Assembly (NCBI GenBank): GCA_963762255.1
Contig: CAVXKA010000002.1
Location: forward strand, 864,001-928,000
DNA from: Candidatus Eiseniibacteriota bacterium
GTDB taxonomy: Bacteria > Eisenbacteria > RBG-16-71-46 > JABDJR01
Direction: 5' to 3'
DNA length: 64,000 nucleotides
Each line of letters opens with the position of its first letter. Position 1 is the stretch's first letter. Shown piece by piece: positions 1-9,616 of this stretch. The translations under genes were made by a program, and so were the position numbers. The notes beneath the pieces were generated by a model. That model was given only the letters and a program-made list of their open reading frames with translations. It made no database searches and was not told the DNA's origin.

Positions 1-2
1 CA

Positions 3-1205
3 TCTGCTGCTTTTGCGCTACTTGGAGCAGCGTCTGTACTGGTTGCAGCTCCTCTAATACAAGTTTCGATAATGGCGTGGAGCGAGCCTCTTTTCATCTG
101 TCTTGTGCTACTTTATCTAATTTTCTCCGCATCGTATTTGGCGAAGGCTGACACAACCTCTCTTTTGCTCTTATCATTGACAACAGCACTGGTGTGTCTT
201 ACTCGATATATTGGAGTCATTTTTATCTTCACAGGCGTAGTTAGCATTCTACACTTTCGTCGGGATAGTCCGCGGATCAAGTTTAGACATTCGTTTCTCT
301 TCATATCCGTCTCAACTATACCTATTGGCATGTGGATACTCCGAAACTACTATCTCTCAGGCACTTTGTTTGGCCCGCGCGCATCATCCATTTACACCTT
401 ATCCCAGACTTTGCATTTCACATTCAACACTCTTCTGTCTTGGTATATTCCCAGGAGAATTTCTGAACACCGTTCAATCCTAATGCTTCTGAGTGCTGCA
501 ATTTGCTTTCTTGCGGGCTTGAGCACTAGGAGAAATTGGTCAAAGCTGAGAACTTCTTTCCTGGACATTGGCCCGTTGCTACTACTCATCAGCGCTTACG
601 TAGGGTTCTTGGTGGTTTCTTCAACCACCACTGCTTACGACGCAATCGGGAATAGACTGTTGTCCCCTGTTTTTGTGCCCATAACTCTAGTACTTCTGTT
701 TCTTGCCTCAAAGATACTAACGGCACTTACAGAGCAGCGGTTGTCCCAGAAACGTGCAAATATCCTGCTGGCGGTCGCTATCGCTGTGTGGTTGGTATAT
801 CCAGCCAGAGCAGCAGTGTCGTCAATCGCATACGCAACGAGCCAAGGTCAGGGATACCGCAGCGAGTCTTGGAGAAAGAGTCAAACAATCGAATACCTGT
901 TACAGAATCGAACGCTAGAATCCGAGGGCGTGATTTATGCAAACGACCCAGATGCTCTCTATATCTTAGCGGACCTTACAGCCAGAACGAGTCCGACAAG
1001 GACGATGTACAACTCTCTCGAGATAGTCAATGATATTTCCAGTCTCAGCGGTTATTGGCCAGAAGAAGGCAAGTCGTGCCTTGTCTGGTTTGACAAGATT
1101 GACCGACGGTATCTGTTCACGGTTGATGAACTGCAGACCATTGCCAATGTGCAGCGAATCATTCACCTTGAGGATGGTGCAGTGTACTCTGTTACGAGAA
1201 GATAG
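3..1205 (+). CDS. Polytopic membrane protein, probable GT-C/ArnT-like glycosyltransferase; 5'-partial; integron cassette
   Basis: Frame is open from the window start (SAAFALLG...MAWSEPLF). Many TM segments, 'WSEPLF' and 'LTRYIG' motifs typical of GT39/ArnT-like proteins. Visibly more AT-rich than the rest of the window and followed by an attC-like site. Confidence 0.6.
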   Translation, partial: SAAFALLGAASVLVAAPLIQVSIMAWSEPLFICLVLLYLIFSASYLAKADTTSLLLLSLTTALVCLTRYIGVIFIFTGVVSILHFRRDSPRIKFRHSFLFISVSTIPIGMWILRNYYLSGTLFGPRASSIYTLSQTLHFTFNTLLSWYIPRRISEHRSILMLLSAAICFLAGLSTRRNWSKLRTSFLDIGPLLLLISAYVGFLVVSSTTTAYDAIGNRLLSPVFVPITLVLLFLASKILTALTEQRLSQKRANILLAVAIAVWLVYPARAAVSSIAYATSQGQGYRSESWRKSQTIEYLLQNRTLESEGVIYANDPDALYILADLTARTSPTRTMYNSLEIVNDISSLSGYWPEEGKSCLVWFDKIDRRYLFTVDELQTIANVQRIIHLEDGAVYSVTRR

Positions 1206-1225
1206 CGTCTTCAAGTCATTGTGCG

Positions 1226-1285
1226 GGCTAGCAACGGGTCGCAGCGGAGGGCGCTCCGCGCCGCCGCTGATGCCGAGCGTTAGCC
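1226..1285 (+). mobile_element. attC-like integron recombination site 1
   Basis: GGCTAGC(1226)...GCAGCGG...CCGCTGA...GTTAGCC(1279-1285): 60-bp imperfect palindrome with near-complementary outer boxes (R'' degenerate from GGCTAAC), 20 bp after a stop codon. Confidence 0.75.
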
Positions 1286-1377
1286 TGAAGCATGAGCGAG
1301 AGACAGTGAGTCGCTATTCACCCGTCCGAGAGACTGGGGCCAGCTTGAGAAGTGGGCGCGAAGACCGAAGGAGTCTC

Positions 1378-2423
1378 ATGGTTGGACCGAGGAAGCTCTC
1401 CAGCGCAGCCGCCATCGCTGCCGTACTGGTAGTCATGACGCAACCGGGCGCGGCCGAGACATCACGAGTTGATGGCGAGGTGCGCGCGGCACTCCGCGCT
1501 GCGGTGGCAGCAGCGTCCGATCCCTCGGCCGGGGTACTGTTCGGAGTGCTGGACAGCCTGGGGGTCGAGCCGCGCGTGTGGGCGGAGGGCGCTGTGGACA
1601 CCGGCGACGAGCTTCGGCTCGGTTGTCCGACAGGGAAGCCCATCCTGGTCTACCTGGCTCTACGCGAGCGCGTTCCGTTGAGCGCCCGGATTGCACGCTG
1701 GTTCCCCGAGGGCGAGGGATTTACGCGGTCGCGCGACATCGAGGTGCAGCACCTGATGCTCAACTCGAGCGGCATCCGCGACTACGTGCCTATGTTGGCG
1801 CTGCACCCCGACTCGGCGGTCACGGTGGATGCGACGATCGACCGCGCGTATCGGGGCAAGGCGCTACTATTCGATCCAGGAAGCGGCTTCGAGTACTCAA
1901 ACACGAACTTCAACCTACTCGGTCGCTTGCTCGAAATCGAGACCGGCATGGGGCTCGATTCGCTTGTGCGCACTTCCTTCGCGCGGTCGCGCCCACGCTC
2001 CGCTACGACGACGGCCGCGGCCGTTATCCCCGGGGCTATGCCAGGCCGTGACCGTACCACTGGAGCTGCCCCGGGTACGGTGGAGGGCTTATCGGCACGG
2101 CTACCGATGCAATGCGCGCCTTCGCGTGGATCGCGACCCAGCCGGAGTTCAAGCGAATGACGCGCTGGTCGAAGCCAGACGGATCCCCCGAGCAGTCGAG
2201 TCCGGACCACCTGCTCGGGCTCGGGGTGTTCGGTCGTCGGGATCTTGCGGGGTGCGGAGAGGCGGCTTTCTACGATGGGGATGTTGGGCCATGTCAGATG
2301 ATCCTGGCCCGTGTCCGGGGCCGTGTCTTCTACATTGCCACGACGCATCGAATGGGGCTCGGGCCGCTGAACGAGCTGTTCTCCCGGCTTGTGGCTGGCG
2401 TCGCGAATGCAGGAATGGAGTAG
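1378..2423 (+). pseudogene. Serine hydrolase (beta-lactamase/class C-like) cassette with a frameshift (~1980) and an in-frame TGA (2049-2051)
   Basis: AAGGAG before ATG 1378, signal peptide, LMLNSSGI and FEYSNTNF motifs. The C-terminal half (GYGGGLIGTATDAMRAF...) continues in the frame of ORFs 1578..2051 and 2112..2423. Confidence 0.65.
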
Positions 2424-2429
2424 CTCTTG

Positions 2430-2465
2430 GCCCACGCGGTCAGCCCCTGGTCACGCGCGTTGGGC
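2430..2465 (+). mobile_element. Truncated attC-like site 2
   Basis: Canonical GTTGGGC at 2459-2465 with a GCCCAC remnant at 2430-2435, between two cassette genes; too short for an intact attC. Confidence 0.45.
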
Positions 2466-2488
2466 CGACCAGTGAAATGGGCTGAAGA

Positions 2489-3103
2489 ATGATGCCGAGC
2501 TTGGGCGACCACGTGCTTGTTGCGCTGATCGCAGTGGCATACCCGCTCTTCTCTACGCTCGACTGGTATCGACGGTGTCGTAGTCAGCTGGAGAGGGGTG
2601 AAAGCCACGATCGACTTCGCTTCTATCGCCGGAGCATGATTGGGTTGTGGCTGCTGACGTCGGCGGTGCTCTCGTGGTGGCCGTGGTCGGGGCGGACAGC
2701 TCCGGCCATTGGCGTCGGAGTCCCAGGCGGTTGGGCCTTTTGGGTTGGGATCGTCGTCGTCGCCGCGCTTTCGGCTGCTCTTGGATATCAGGTGGCAGTG
2801 GTCCGCGGTTCGGCTGTAGCGCAGGCACAAGTTCGGAAGCAGTTCCGAGGTGTCCCGGCACTGATCGTGCCGCACGACAAGTTCGAGCGCCGGATGTGGA
2901 TTGGCCTGAGCCTCACGGCTGGTTTCTGTGAGGAGATCCTCTACCGCGGATTCCTGATGTGGTACGTGATGACCTGGCTTCCCGGAGCGGCCGCCGTGCT
3001 CGTCTCCGCGGCGGTGGATGTCACGAGCGGGCTCACAGGTAGTGCCGCCTTGGGGCAAGGCACGTCCGTCACCTGCGAGGGATCAGCCGGAGGAGGCCAG
3101 TAG
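2489..3103 (+). pseudogene. CPBP (Abi/CAAX-type) intramembrane metalloprotease cassette, apparently internally deleted
   Basis: EEILYRG motif present, but the downstream FxxxH and HxxxD/N histidines are absent (VSAAV runs directly into DVTSG). Confidence 0.6.
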
Positions 3104-3123
3104 CCGGACCTCAAGCGGCGTCG

Positions 3124-3183
3124 GCCCAACAACCGGTTGCCGCGGATGGCGCTGCGCGCCGCTGCTGAACCTGAGCGCTGGTC
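3124..3183 (+). mobile_element. attC-like site 3
   Basis: GCCCAAC AACCGGTTGCCGCGGATGGCGCTGCGCGCCGCTGCTGAACCTGAGC GCTGGTC: 60 bp, collinear with site 1; R' box degenerate. Confidence 0.75.
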
Positions 3184-3204
3184 GGACCAAAGATCGGAGA
3201 CCTA

Positions 3205-3735
3205 ATGAAAGCGCAGCACGCCGCATTGCTGCTCATCGACGCGCAGGTGAACATGTTCGACCCGGCGTCCCCCGCGAGTGCGGCGGATGAGCTGCTATCG
3301 CGCCTGACAAGCCTGGTCGGCAGGTTCCGCACGGCTCAAGTGCCGGTCATCTTCGTCCGCAACTGCGGTGGAGCCGGTGACCCCGACGAGCGAGGACTGC
3401 CGGGGTGGGAGCTGGACCCCGCATTGGAAGTGACGGTGGGAGACCTTGTGCTGGACAAGACGACGGGAGACACTTTCGCGAGTACGCCGCTGGATGACGA
3501 ACTGAAGGCTCGCCGGGTTGCGCACTTGGTAGTGGCTGGCCTCCAGTCCGAGTACTGTGTGCGGGACACGGTCCTAGGCGCGCTGGCGCGAGGGTACGAG
3601 GTGACCCTCATCTCCGATGGGCACAGCACCTACGACGGGGGTGGTCGGTCAGCGTTGGAGAAGAGCACCGCGGTAAACGCTGAACTCGAACACCGCGTGA
3701 AGCTTGTCCGCGCCGATGAACTGCGGTTCCGGTGA
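3205..3735 (+). CDS. Isochorismatase/cysteine hydrolase family protein (cassette)
   Basis: LLLIDAQ, K(TTGDTF), GLQSEYCV catalytic D-K-C motifs; GGAG upstream. Confidence 0.88.
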   Translation: MKAQHAALLLIDAQVNMFDPASPASAADELLSRLTSLVGRFRTAQVPVIFVRNCGGAGDPDERGLPGWELDPALEVTVGDLVLDKTTGDTFASTPLDDELKARRVAHLVVAGLQSEYCVRDTVLGALARGYEVTLISDGHSTYDGGGRSALEKSTAVNAELEHRVKLVRADELRFR

Positions 3736-3742
3736 ACGCGCC

Positions 3743-3810
3743 GCCCAACAAGCAGTTGGACCCGGTCGGCCCCGCTTCGCGGTCCCGACCGGTCAACTGC
3801 GGCGCTGGAC
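3743..3810 (+). mobile_element. attC-like site 4
   Basis: GCCCAAC...GCAGTTGGACC...GGTCAACTGC...GCTGGAC: 68-bp palindrome with an extra-helical base, 7 bp after the stop codon. Confidence 0.75.
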
Positions 3811-3831
3811 CTGCCGCAAGTGGAGAGAGCT

Positions 3832-3936
3832 ATGCGTCGTATCAGCGGTCTGCTCGCAGTCACCCTGCTCCTTTCGTCCTTTGCCTGCGGGCGGATGCTG
3901 CCCCCGGTGCAGGGAGGCGCAACGGGCATGGGGTGA
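3832..3936 (+). pseudogene. Remnant of a lipoprotein cassette (34 aa)
   Basis: GGAGAGAG then ATG; MRRISGLLAVTLLLSSFAC lipoprotein signal, then an early stop; directly after attC 4. Confidence 0.4.
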
Positions 3937-4084
3937 GAAGGACGACAGTAGCCGACGTTGATTCTGGAGGGGGCCGGAACTCTGCTGAATCACTGAACTT
4001 CCCCGGGGCTCCCTGAGACTCCGGTCCTTGAGAGGCTGGGCAGAGAGCAAACCCACCCCACTCCCCCGCGCTACACTCCCCCCC

Positions 4085-4921
4085 ATGATCAGGATGCGCA
4101 TCGGCACCGAGGAGATTCGTCTGGAGCAGGAGGAGTGGGATCTCTGGCTTCAGGACGGTCGCATCCCCTCCGACGCCTGGCTCTGGCTGGAGGGAACCGG
4201 CTGGGTCCCCGTCGGCAGCATTCCCGCCTATCAACACGCGGGTCAGGGCGAACCGAAGCGGCCTGCCCGATTCCCCGAGGTCTTCTCGGTCGCGTTCCCT
4301 CGCCGCGGCGTGTCCGCCACCGAGGCGCTCCTCCTCGTGAACCTGCTCGTGGCCGGGGTGCTCACCGCCGCATTCGGAGAACGCTACCTCGCCGAGATCG
4401 AGGCCTGGGCGACCGGCGCTTGGTTTGCCGTGCGCGATCGCCACGCGATCTGGTGGTGGCTGCCGACCCTCTTCCTGCATGCCGGTCCCCGTCATCTCTT
4501 CGCCAACATGGTCTCGTTGCTGGCGACCGCGACCTCCGTGGAGTACCTGATGGGCCGGCGATGGGTCTATGCGGTCTACCTCATCACGGGAGTCGGCGGG
4601 ATGTGGCTCTCGTTCGCCGGGCACGGCCGCCCGCCGCTCAGCATCGGCGCTTCGGGCGCGATCTTCGGCCTCGGCGGGGCCACCGTCGCATTCGTGCTGC
4701 GCCGCCACCGCAGCTTCACCTACCGCCAGCGATGGAAGGCGCGCAGGGTCTACGCGCCGTTGTTCGTGTTCCTCATCCTCCCCTCGGTGCTCAACGCCGA
4801 CTACCTGGGGCATGTCGGCGGCCTCGTCACCGGGCTCGCGCTCGGCCTCTTCATCCCTCCGCACACGAGGCTCCATCTGACGGGCGGCGACGCGCCGACG
4901 GACGCGAACGACGCGCCGTAA
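4085..4921 (+). CDS. Rhomboid intramembrane serine protease with N-terminal GYF_2-like domain
   Basis: HLFAN, GASG and HVGG rhomboid motifs; N-terminal GRIPSDAWLWLEGTGWVPV. Confidence 0.85.
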   Translation: MIRMRIGTEEIRLEQEEWDLWLQDGRIPSDAWLWLEGTGWVPVGSIPAYQHAGQGEPKRPARFPEVFSVAFPRRGVSATEALLLVNLLVAGVLTAAFGERYLAEIEAWATGAWFAVRDRHAIWWWLPTLFLHAGPRHLFANMVSLLATATSVEYLMGRRWVYAVYLITGVGGMWLSFAGHGRPPLSIGASGAIFGLGGATVAFVLRRHRSFTYRQRWKARRVYAPLFVFLILPSVLNADYLGHVGGLVTGLALGLFIPPHTRLHLTGGDAPTDANDAP

Positions 4922-4953
4922 GACGGAGTCGAACGACCCGGCGCACAAATGAA

Positions 4954-4981
4954 GAGGGCCCCTCCCGAAGAAGGGGCCCTC
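4954..4981 (-). terminator. Intrinsic terminator between convergent genes
   Basis: GAGGGCCCCT / AGGGGCCCTC stem with a cUUCGg loop on the minus strand, followed by TTCATTT. Confidence 0.7.
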
Positions 4982-5005
4982 AGAGCGATCAGGAACCGGC
5001 AGCGT

Positions 5006-5746
5006 CTAGTTGTAGAGCGCCTTCACCTGGCCCCAGGTGGCTTCCACTGTCGGGACCGGGTTCCCAACGGTCACGCGGGTGCGGCCGGTGGCCGGGTTGA
5101 ACTCGAAGCGGACTTCGGAGTTCGGCACGACGGTCGTGAACTGCATGTTGGCCCCGCAGGGAGCGCCGGCGCCCTCGATGCCCACGTTGCAGATGTCCCA
5201 CGATCCGACGGCGCGGAACTTGCCCTCGTAAGAGCCGGGGGTGGCGATGACGACGACTTTCGTCCAGATGCCGCCGACCAGGCTCGCCGCCACGCCGCTG
5301 CCCCAGTTACCGATCTCGGGGGTTCCGCCGATCACCTCAAAATTGGTGCCGGGAGGAGCGTAGTGGTCGCTCCAGACGATGTTCTGATCGGGGAGCCAGC
5401 CGTCGCCGTGAGCGTTGGTGTCAAAGGTGAAGTGGACGGTCTCGGTGGGGTTCACGTGCACCCACAGGTTGCACGGACCGAAGTACGAGACGCTCCAGTC
5501 GGAGAGGGCTACCTTGAACTCCTGGCGACCGGTTTGATCGGCGACCACATCCGCGCCGAACACGCCGTCGCTGGCCGCGCCGTCGCCGTGGAGCCCGTCA
5601 TCGAACATCTCGTTCTGAGCCACGAAGGACCAGCCAGGGGTCATGTAGCCGCCCGGGACGTACCAGGGGCCGGCGACTGCGGCAACCGGGAGCGCCAGCG
5701 CCAGAACAGCAAGAGCAAGCAAAGCTAGCCGTTTCATCTTCCTCAT
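5006..5746 (-). CDS. Secreted protein with DDG-x-DG (choice-of-anchor X-like)/carbohydrate-binding-like domains and a C-terminal TWG tail
   Basis: Signal peptide; MFDDGLHGDGAASDGVF; YEGKFRAVGSW; ends ATWGQVKALYN. Confidence 0.7.
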   Translation of the reverse strand: MRKMKRLALLALAVLALALPVAAVAGPWYVPGGYMTPGWSFVAQNEMFDDGLHGDGAASDGVFGADVVADQTGRQEFKVALSDWSVSYFGPCNLWVHVNPTETVHFTFDTNAHGDGWLPDQNIVWSDHYAPPGTNFEVIGGTPEIGNWGSGVAASLVGGIWTKVVVIATPGSYEGKFRAVGSWDICNVGIEGAGAPCGANMQFTTVVPNSEVRFEFNPATGRTRVTVGNPVPTVEATWGQVKALYN

Positions 5747-5814
5747 TCCTCCTGGAGAACGCGTTGATGCCGCGGCCCATGGGGGGGCCGAGCAGATGCT
5801 GTACAGTTGCGAAG

Positions 5815-5823
5815 ATTATAGCA
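5815..5823 (-). promoter_or_regulatory. Extended -10 promoter element
   Basis: TGCTATAAT on the minus strand about 70 bp upstream of the 5746 start. Confidence 0.55.
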
Positions 5824-5922
5824 TTTTCGGCCGTTGGACCGGTCAACAAGATTGGGGGGGGCGACCGGCGGCGGCTCCGGGGGGCCAGCCGACGGCGTTT
5901 GCCGGGCCCCCTCGGCCCGGCC

Positions 5923-6765
5923 CTAGCCGGTGGATACCCCGGTCGAGTCGACGGCGCTCCAGTCGAGTTGACTCCCCCGTACGCTGTGCGGGATGAAGTA
6001 GACCGCCAGCATGATCGCCACCGCCAGGAGCACTGCCGCCCGCTCCCGGGCGGGCCGGCGACGGGCCCACAGCCAGGCCAGACCCCAGACCAGGACCACC
6101 GCCAGGGTCTTGTTGTCCGTCCAGTCCTCCCCGAACGGCCACCCCGTCCAGTAGGCCCCGAAGGAGAGCTTCTGGACGATAGGACCGAGCACCAGGCCTC
6201 CGGGGATCAGAAACGCAATCACCCAGGGGATGAACCGCGCGGGCCTGGCCTCACCCACCGCCGCGCCCAGCCCAGCCCGGATCGCGAAGAGGAGCGAGAC
6301 GAACATGCAGAGGATGTGAGGGACCAGCACAGCGGCCGGCACATCTCCGCGGTAGCGGATGACCGCGGCCCCGCCGGCCGGGAACGTGGCCTCACGGTCA
6401 CCCCGGCGCACGCGCACCGAGTACTCGAGCTTGGCGGCCGGGGGCTGGTGCGGAAGCTCGGCGGTCAGCTTCCCGTCGCGATGCTCCATCGCGAGATGGG
6501 TCCAGGCCTCCTTGGTGGGGTAACGTCGCCACTCGATCTCGCCGGTCACGTCGGCCGGCGCGGCCAACGACACGACGGCGCCACCCTCGCCGGGGTGCGA
6601 GCGCGGCAGTTCCCCGCGCACCTCGGCACCGTCCAGGCTCACGTCCACGGGGACCGGCCACGAGGGGCCGGTGCGCCGCTGATACCCCCCCACCACCACC
6701 GTCAGCACGAGCGCGCCTACGAGCAGCAGGCTCTTGGCCATCCACGTGTTGGTCTTCGACTCCAC
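5923..6765 (-). CDS. Hypothetical membrane protein
   Basis: GTG 6765 preceded by GAGGAGGA; N-terminal TM, Ig-like soluble part, four C-terminal TMs (GAYWTGWPFGEDWTDNKT). Confidence 0.7.
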   Translation of the reverse strand: MESKTNTWMAKSLLLVGALVLTVVVGGYQRRTGPSWPVPVDVSLDGAEVRGELPRSHPGEGGAVVSLAAPADVTGEIEWRRYPTKEAWTHLAMEHRDGKLTAELPHQPPAAKLEYSVRVRRGDREATFPAGGAAVIRYRGDVPAAVLVPHILCMFVSLLFAIRAGLGAAVGEARPARFIPWVIAFLIPGGLVLGPIVQKLSFGAYWTGWPFGEDWTDNKTLAVVLVWGLAWLWARRRPARERAAVLLAVAIMLAVYFIPHSVRGSQLDWSAVDSTGVSTG

Positions 6766-6829
6766 CCCGATCCTCCTCATCCTTGCGACCGCGCCGCGAC
6801 GGACGCGACAACCCCGTGAGCGTCCGACG

Positions 6830-9506
6830 TTACTTCCCTTCGGCGAGCATCGCGCGCTCCACCGCCGGGAGCGCGTGCACCTCATCGTAGCGGCCCCACT
6901 TGGGACGATAGACGAACTCGGGCGACGCGCCGGCGGCGATCCGCGCCCGGAGCGGCACCAGGAGTTCCGCGGCACGCACCGACTGTCCCGCGGCCTCCTG
7001 CGCGCGCGCCCCCACGATGCGCGCGAGATCGCACCATGGGCCGAGTTCCAGAGCCCGCGCGGCGGACACCGCTGCCGCCGGCGCGGCGCCCTCGGCGAGC
7101 TGCACCCAGCCGAGCAGCGCCCATACCGAGGGATCCTCATCGTCCAGAAGCATGGCGGCGTACATCTGCTCACGGGCGCGCGCGGTCTCCCCCGCGCGCA
7201 AGAGATCGCGAGCGTAGTCGACGCGCAACTCCACCACTCCCGTCCGAAGGCGCACGGCTTCTTCATAACGCGCCCACGCGTTCTGTCCAATCGTGATCGA
7301 GCGCCAGCGCAGCGGCCATTCCCCAGAGACCTTCGGGATTGTCGCGCTGGTATTCGAGAACGGCCGCGTAGGCGTCGCGCGACTCGACGGCGTCCCCGCG
7401 AATCCAGTGCAGGCGTCCCAATTCGAGATCGACCAGGTAGCGCTCGTCGGCGCGCACTTGAGGGCGAGCCTCGCCGAGCGCGGCGATCGCCGCATCGAGT
7501 CCCCGCCCCGCATGCCAGAGGGCGCTCGCATGACGCAGGGCGAGCGCGGCGCTGGCCGGACTAGCCGGCGCGGACTGCTCGGCCAGGACGAGCGCGTCAC
7601 CGGGGCCGCCGGCCACGTCCAGGGCGTAGATCAGCGACGCGGTCGCCGACTCCTCCGCCGGCGTTCGCGTGAGGGCGAGGCGGTAGGAGGCGATCGCCTG
7701 ATCGGCGTGCCCCCGGGTCAGCTCGTCGTCGCCTCGGTTCGTGTAGCCCACCGCGTAGCAACTGTCGAGATCGCTCGCGCTCATGAGCGCCTGCACCAGA
7801 CCGAGAAGAGCGGGGTCGCGGGTTTCGAGGCGCTCCAGCACGATGTCGCGAGTGTCGTAGGCGTCGCGGCGCGGCGACTCGAGCGCGTTGGCCCCCTCGG
7901 CGAAGTACTCCCACACGCTCCCCCCGGCGTAGCGAGAGAGGAACGCGTCGTGAGTGGTCTCATCGCGCTCCTTGGTGCGGCGATAGAGTTCCTGGATCTC
8001 CCGCTTGTGCGCGGCGGTGAGTACGCCGTGCACCTGGTGCGTCAGCTCGTGGAGCACCGTGTTGTAGCGGTCGAGAATGGTGCGTTCCACGTCCTCCACC
8101 CCGGTCACCGTGTTGTAGCCGCCGCATCCGCGCACGTCGTCCCAGAGGCGCGAGTCGTAGTTGATGCGCTGATCGCGCAGGAGTTCCTGGCCGGGGGTCT
8201 CGGAGAGGAGTTCGTAGAGCGGCTTGATGTAGTACGTGGAGCCCGACTCGACGAGCACCGGGATGTAGGTCTTCCACGGCGCGATCGAGAGGGCCACGCG
8301 CTTCTGATGGCGCGGGCTCAACGAGCGCCAGTTGACCACGAAGGTCTCGATCCCCGGCACGTCGGGCATCGGTGTGGCGGCCAGGTTCGCCTCGTACAGA
8401 GGGCGATGCACTTCGATGGCAAGCCGCTCCGCCTCCAGCGCCTTGGCCATGCCGTTGTGGGCGCGGCCGTACTCGGGGCAGGCGGCCAGAGCTTCACCGA
8501 AGCGCGCGCGGGCCTCGTCCAGCTTTCCCTCGCTGAAGTCGAGGGAGCCCAGACGCACCAGCACGTCGGCCCATGCCGGATGCGCGGCGCGCAGGGCGCC
8601 ATAGGCCTTGCGCGCCTTGTCGGCCTTGCCCGCGGCCAGGAGCGCATCCGCCTGTCGCAGCGCCTTCGTTCCGGCCGCGTCGGCGAACGCCGCCGGGTAG
8701 GCGGCGAAGAGCTGCGTGTAGTTTCTTCGCGCGTACCCGTTGCCGAGCATGTAGTGCGCGCGCTCGTGGTAGGGGCCGACCTCGATCGCCAGCTCGCAGG
8801 CCTCGATCGCCTCGTCGGTGCGGCCCAGCCTAATCAGGGTTTCCGCGAGAAGCTCCAGCAGATCCGCATCGGGCTCCGAGCGGGCCAACGCGTTCTCGAA
8901 ATACGCGAACGACGCGTCGAAATCGCGCAGCTCGTAGGCCGCCTTGCCGAGGCCCTGATAGGCGGCGGCGCTGTCGGCGGCGGTGCGCGCGGCGTCGAGT
9001 GCCTCCTGGTAGCGCGCGGTCGCCGCGGCGTGATCGAGGAGGAGCCCGGCCAGGCGGCCGGCCGCGATGCGGTCGGCCACCGTGAGGTCGTCGTTCCGGG
9101 CGCGCTCCCCGATCGCGCGGTCCACCGCGGCGAGATCGTCGACGGTGATCCACCAGCGGTACTCAATCGCCCGCGCCTCGGGAGAATCCGGCGCCGAGCG
9201 CGCGAGTTCCTCTACCAGCGGGCGGAGCGCTTCGTAGTCCGCGGTCGCGAAGAGGATGCGCGCGGCAAGAAGTTTCCCCTCCGGACCGGCCGTCGCCAAC
9301 TCGGGGGCCATGCGCGCCGCCTCGTCGTGCCTGCCCGCGACGAGTAGCAGCTGCGCGCGCTCCAGCGGGTCCCTCGCGTCGTGCAGCCGCGCCTCGGCGG
9401 CGCTCAGACGGACGCGCACCGGCTCGAGCAGCGGGCTCGCGGCGAAGGACACGGACGCGGTCACAAGGATCGAGACGCAGGCAAGCGCCTGCGCCGCTCG
9501 TCTCAT
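6830..9506 (-). CDS. Secreted TPR-repeat protein with a zinc metallopeptidase domain (HELTH...EYFAE); +1 frameshift at ~7280
   Basis: Signal peptide from ATG 9506, multiple TPRs, HExxH plus downstream E. ORFs 7263..9596 and 6830..7600 join by removing one base (GAA[C]GCG), giving about 891 aa. Confidence 0.7.
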
Positions 9507-9616
9507 CCAAGATACGTTCACGTTGAATCTCCCGGCTGCGCCGCGTGCGGTCGGGCGCGGCGATGATGGAGCGAGAGGTGGAGGAATTATACGCATGTGA
9601 CGGCGAAGCGCGCGCG

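Noticed and set aside
2049-2051. Selenocysteine or recoded TGA in the serine hydrolase cassette
   Set aside because: The same gene is also frameshifted, TGA is a normal stop elsewhere in the window, and a TGG to TGA change is simpler.
1226-3810. Inter-cassette palindromes as intrinsic terminators
   Set aside because: No T-tails. They carry RYYYAAC/GTTRRRY-like outer boxes and shared internal boxes typical of attC.
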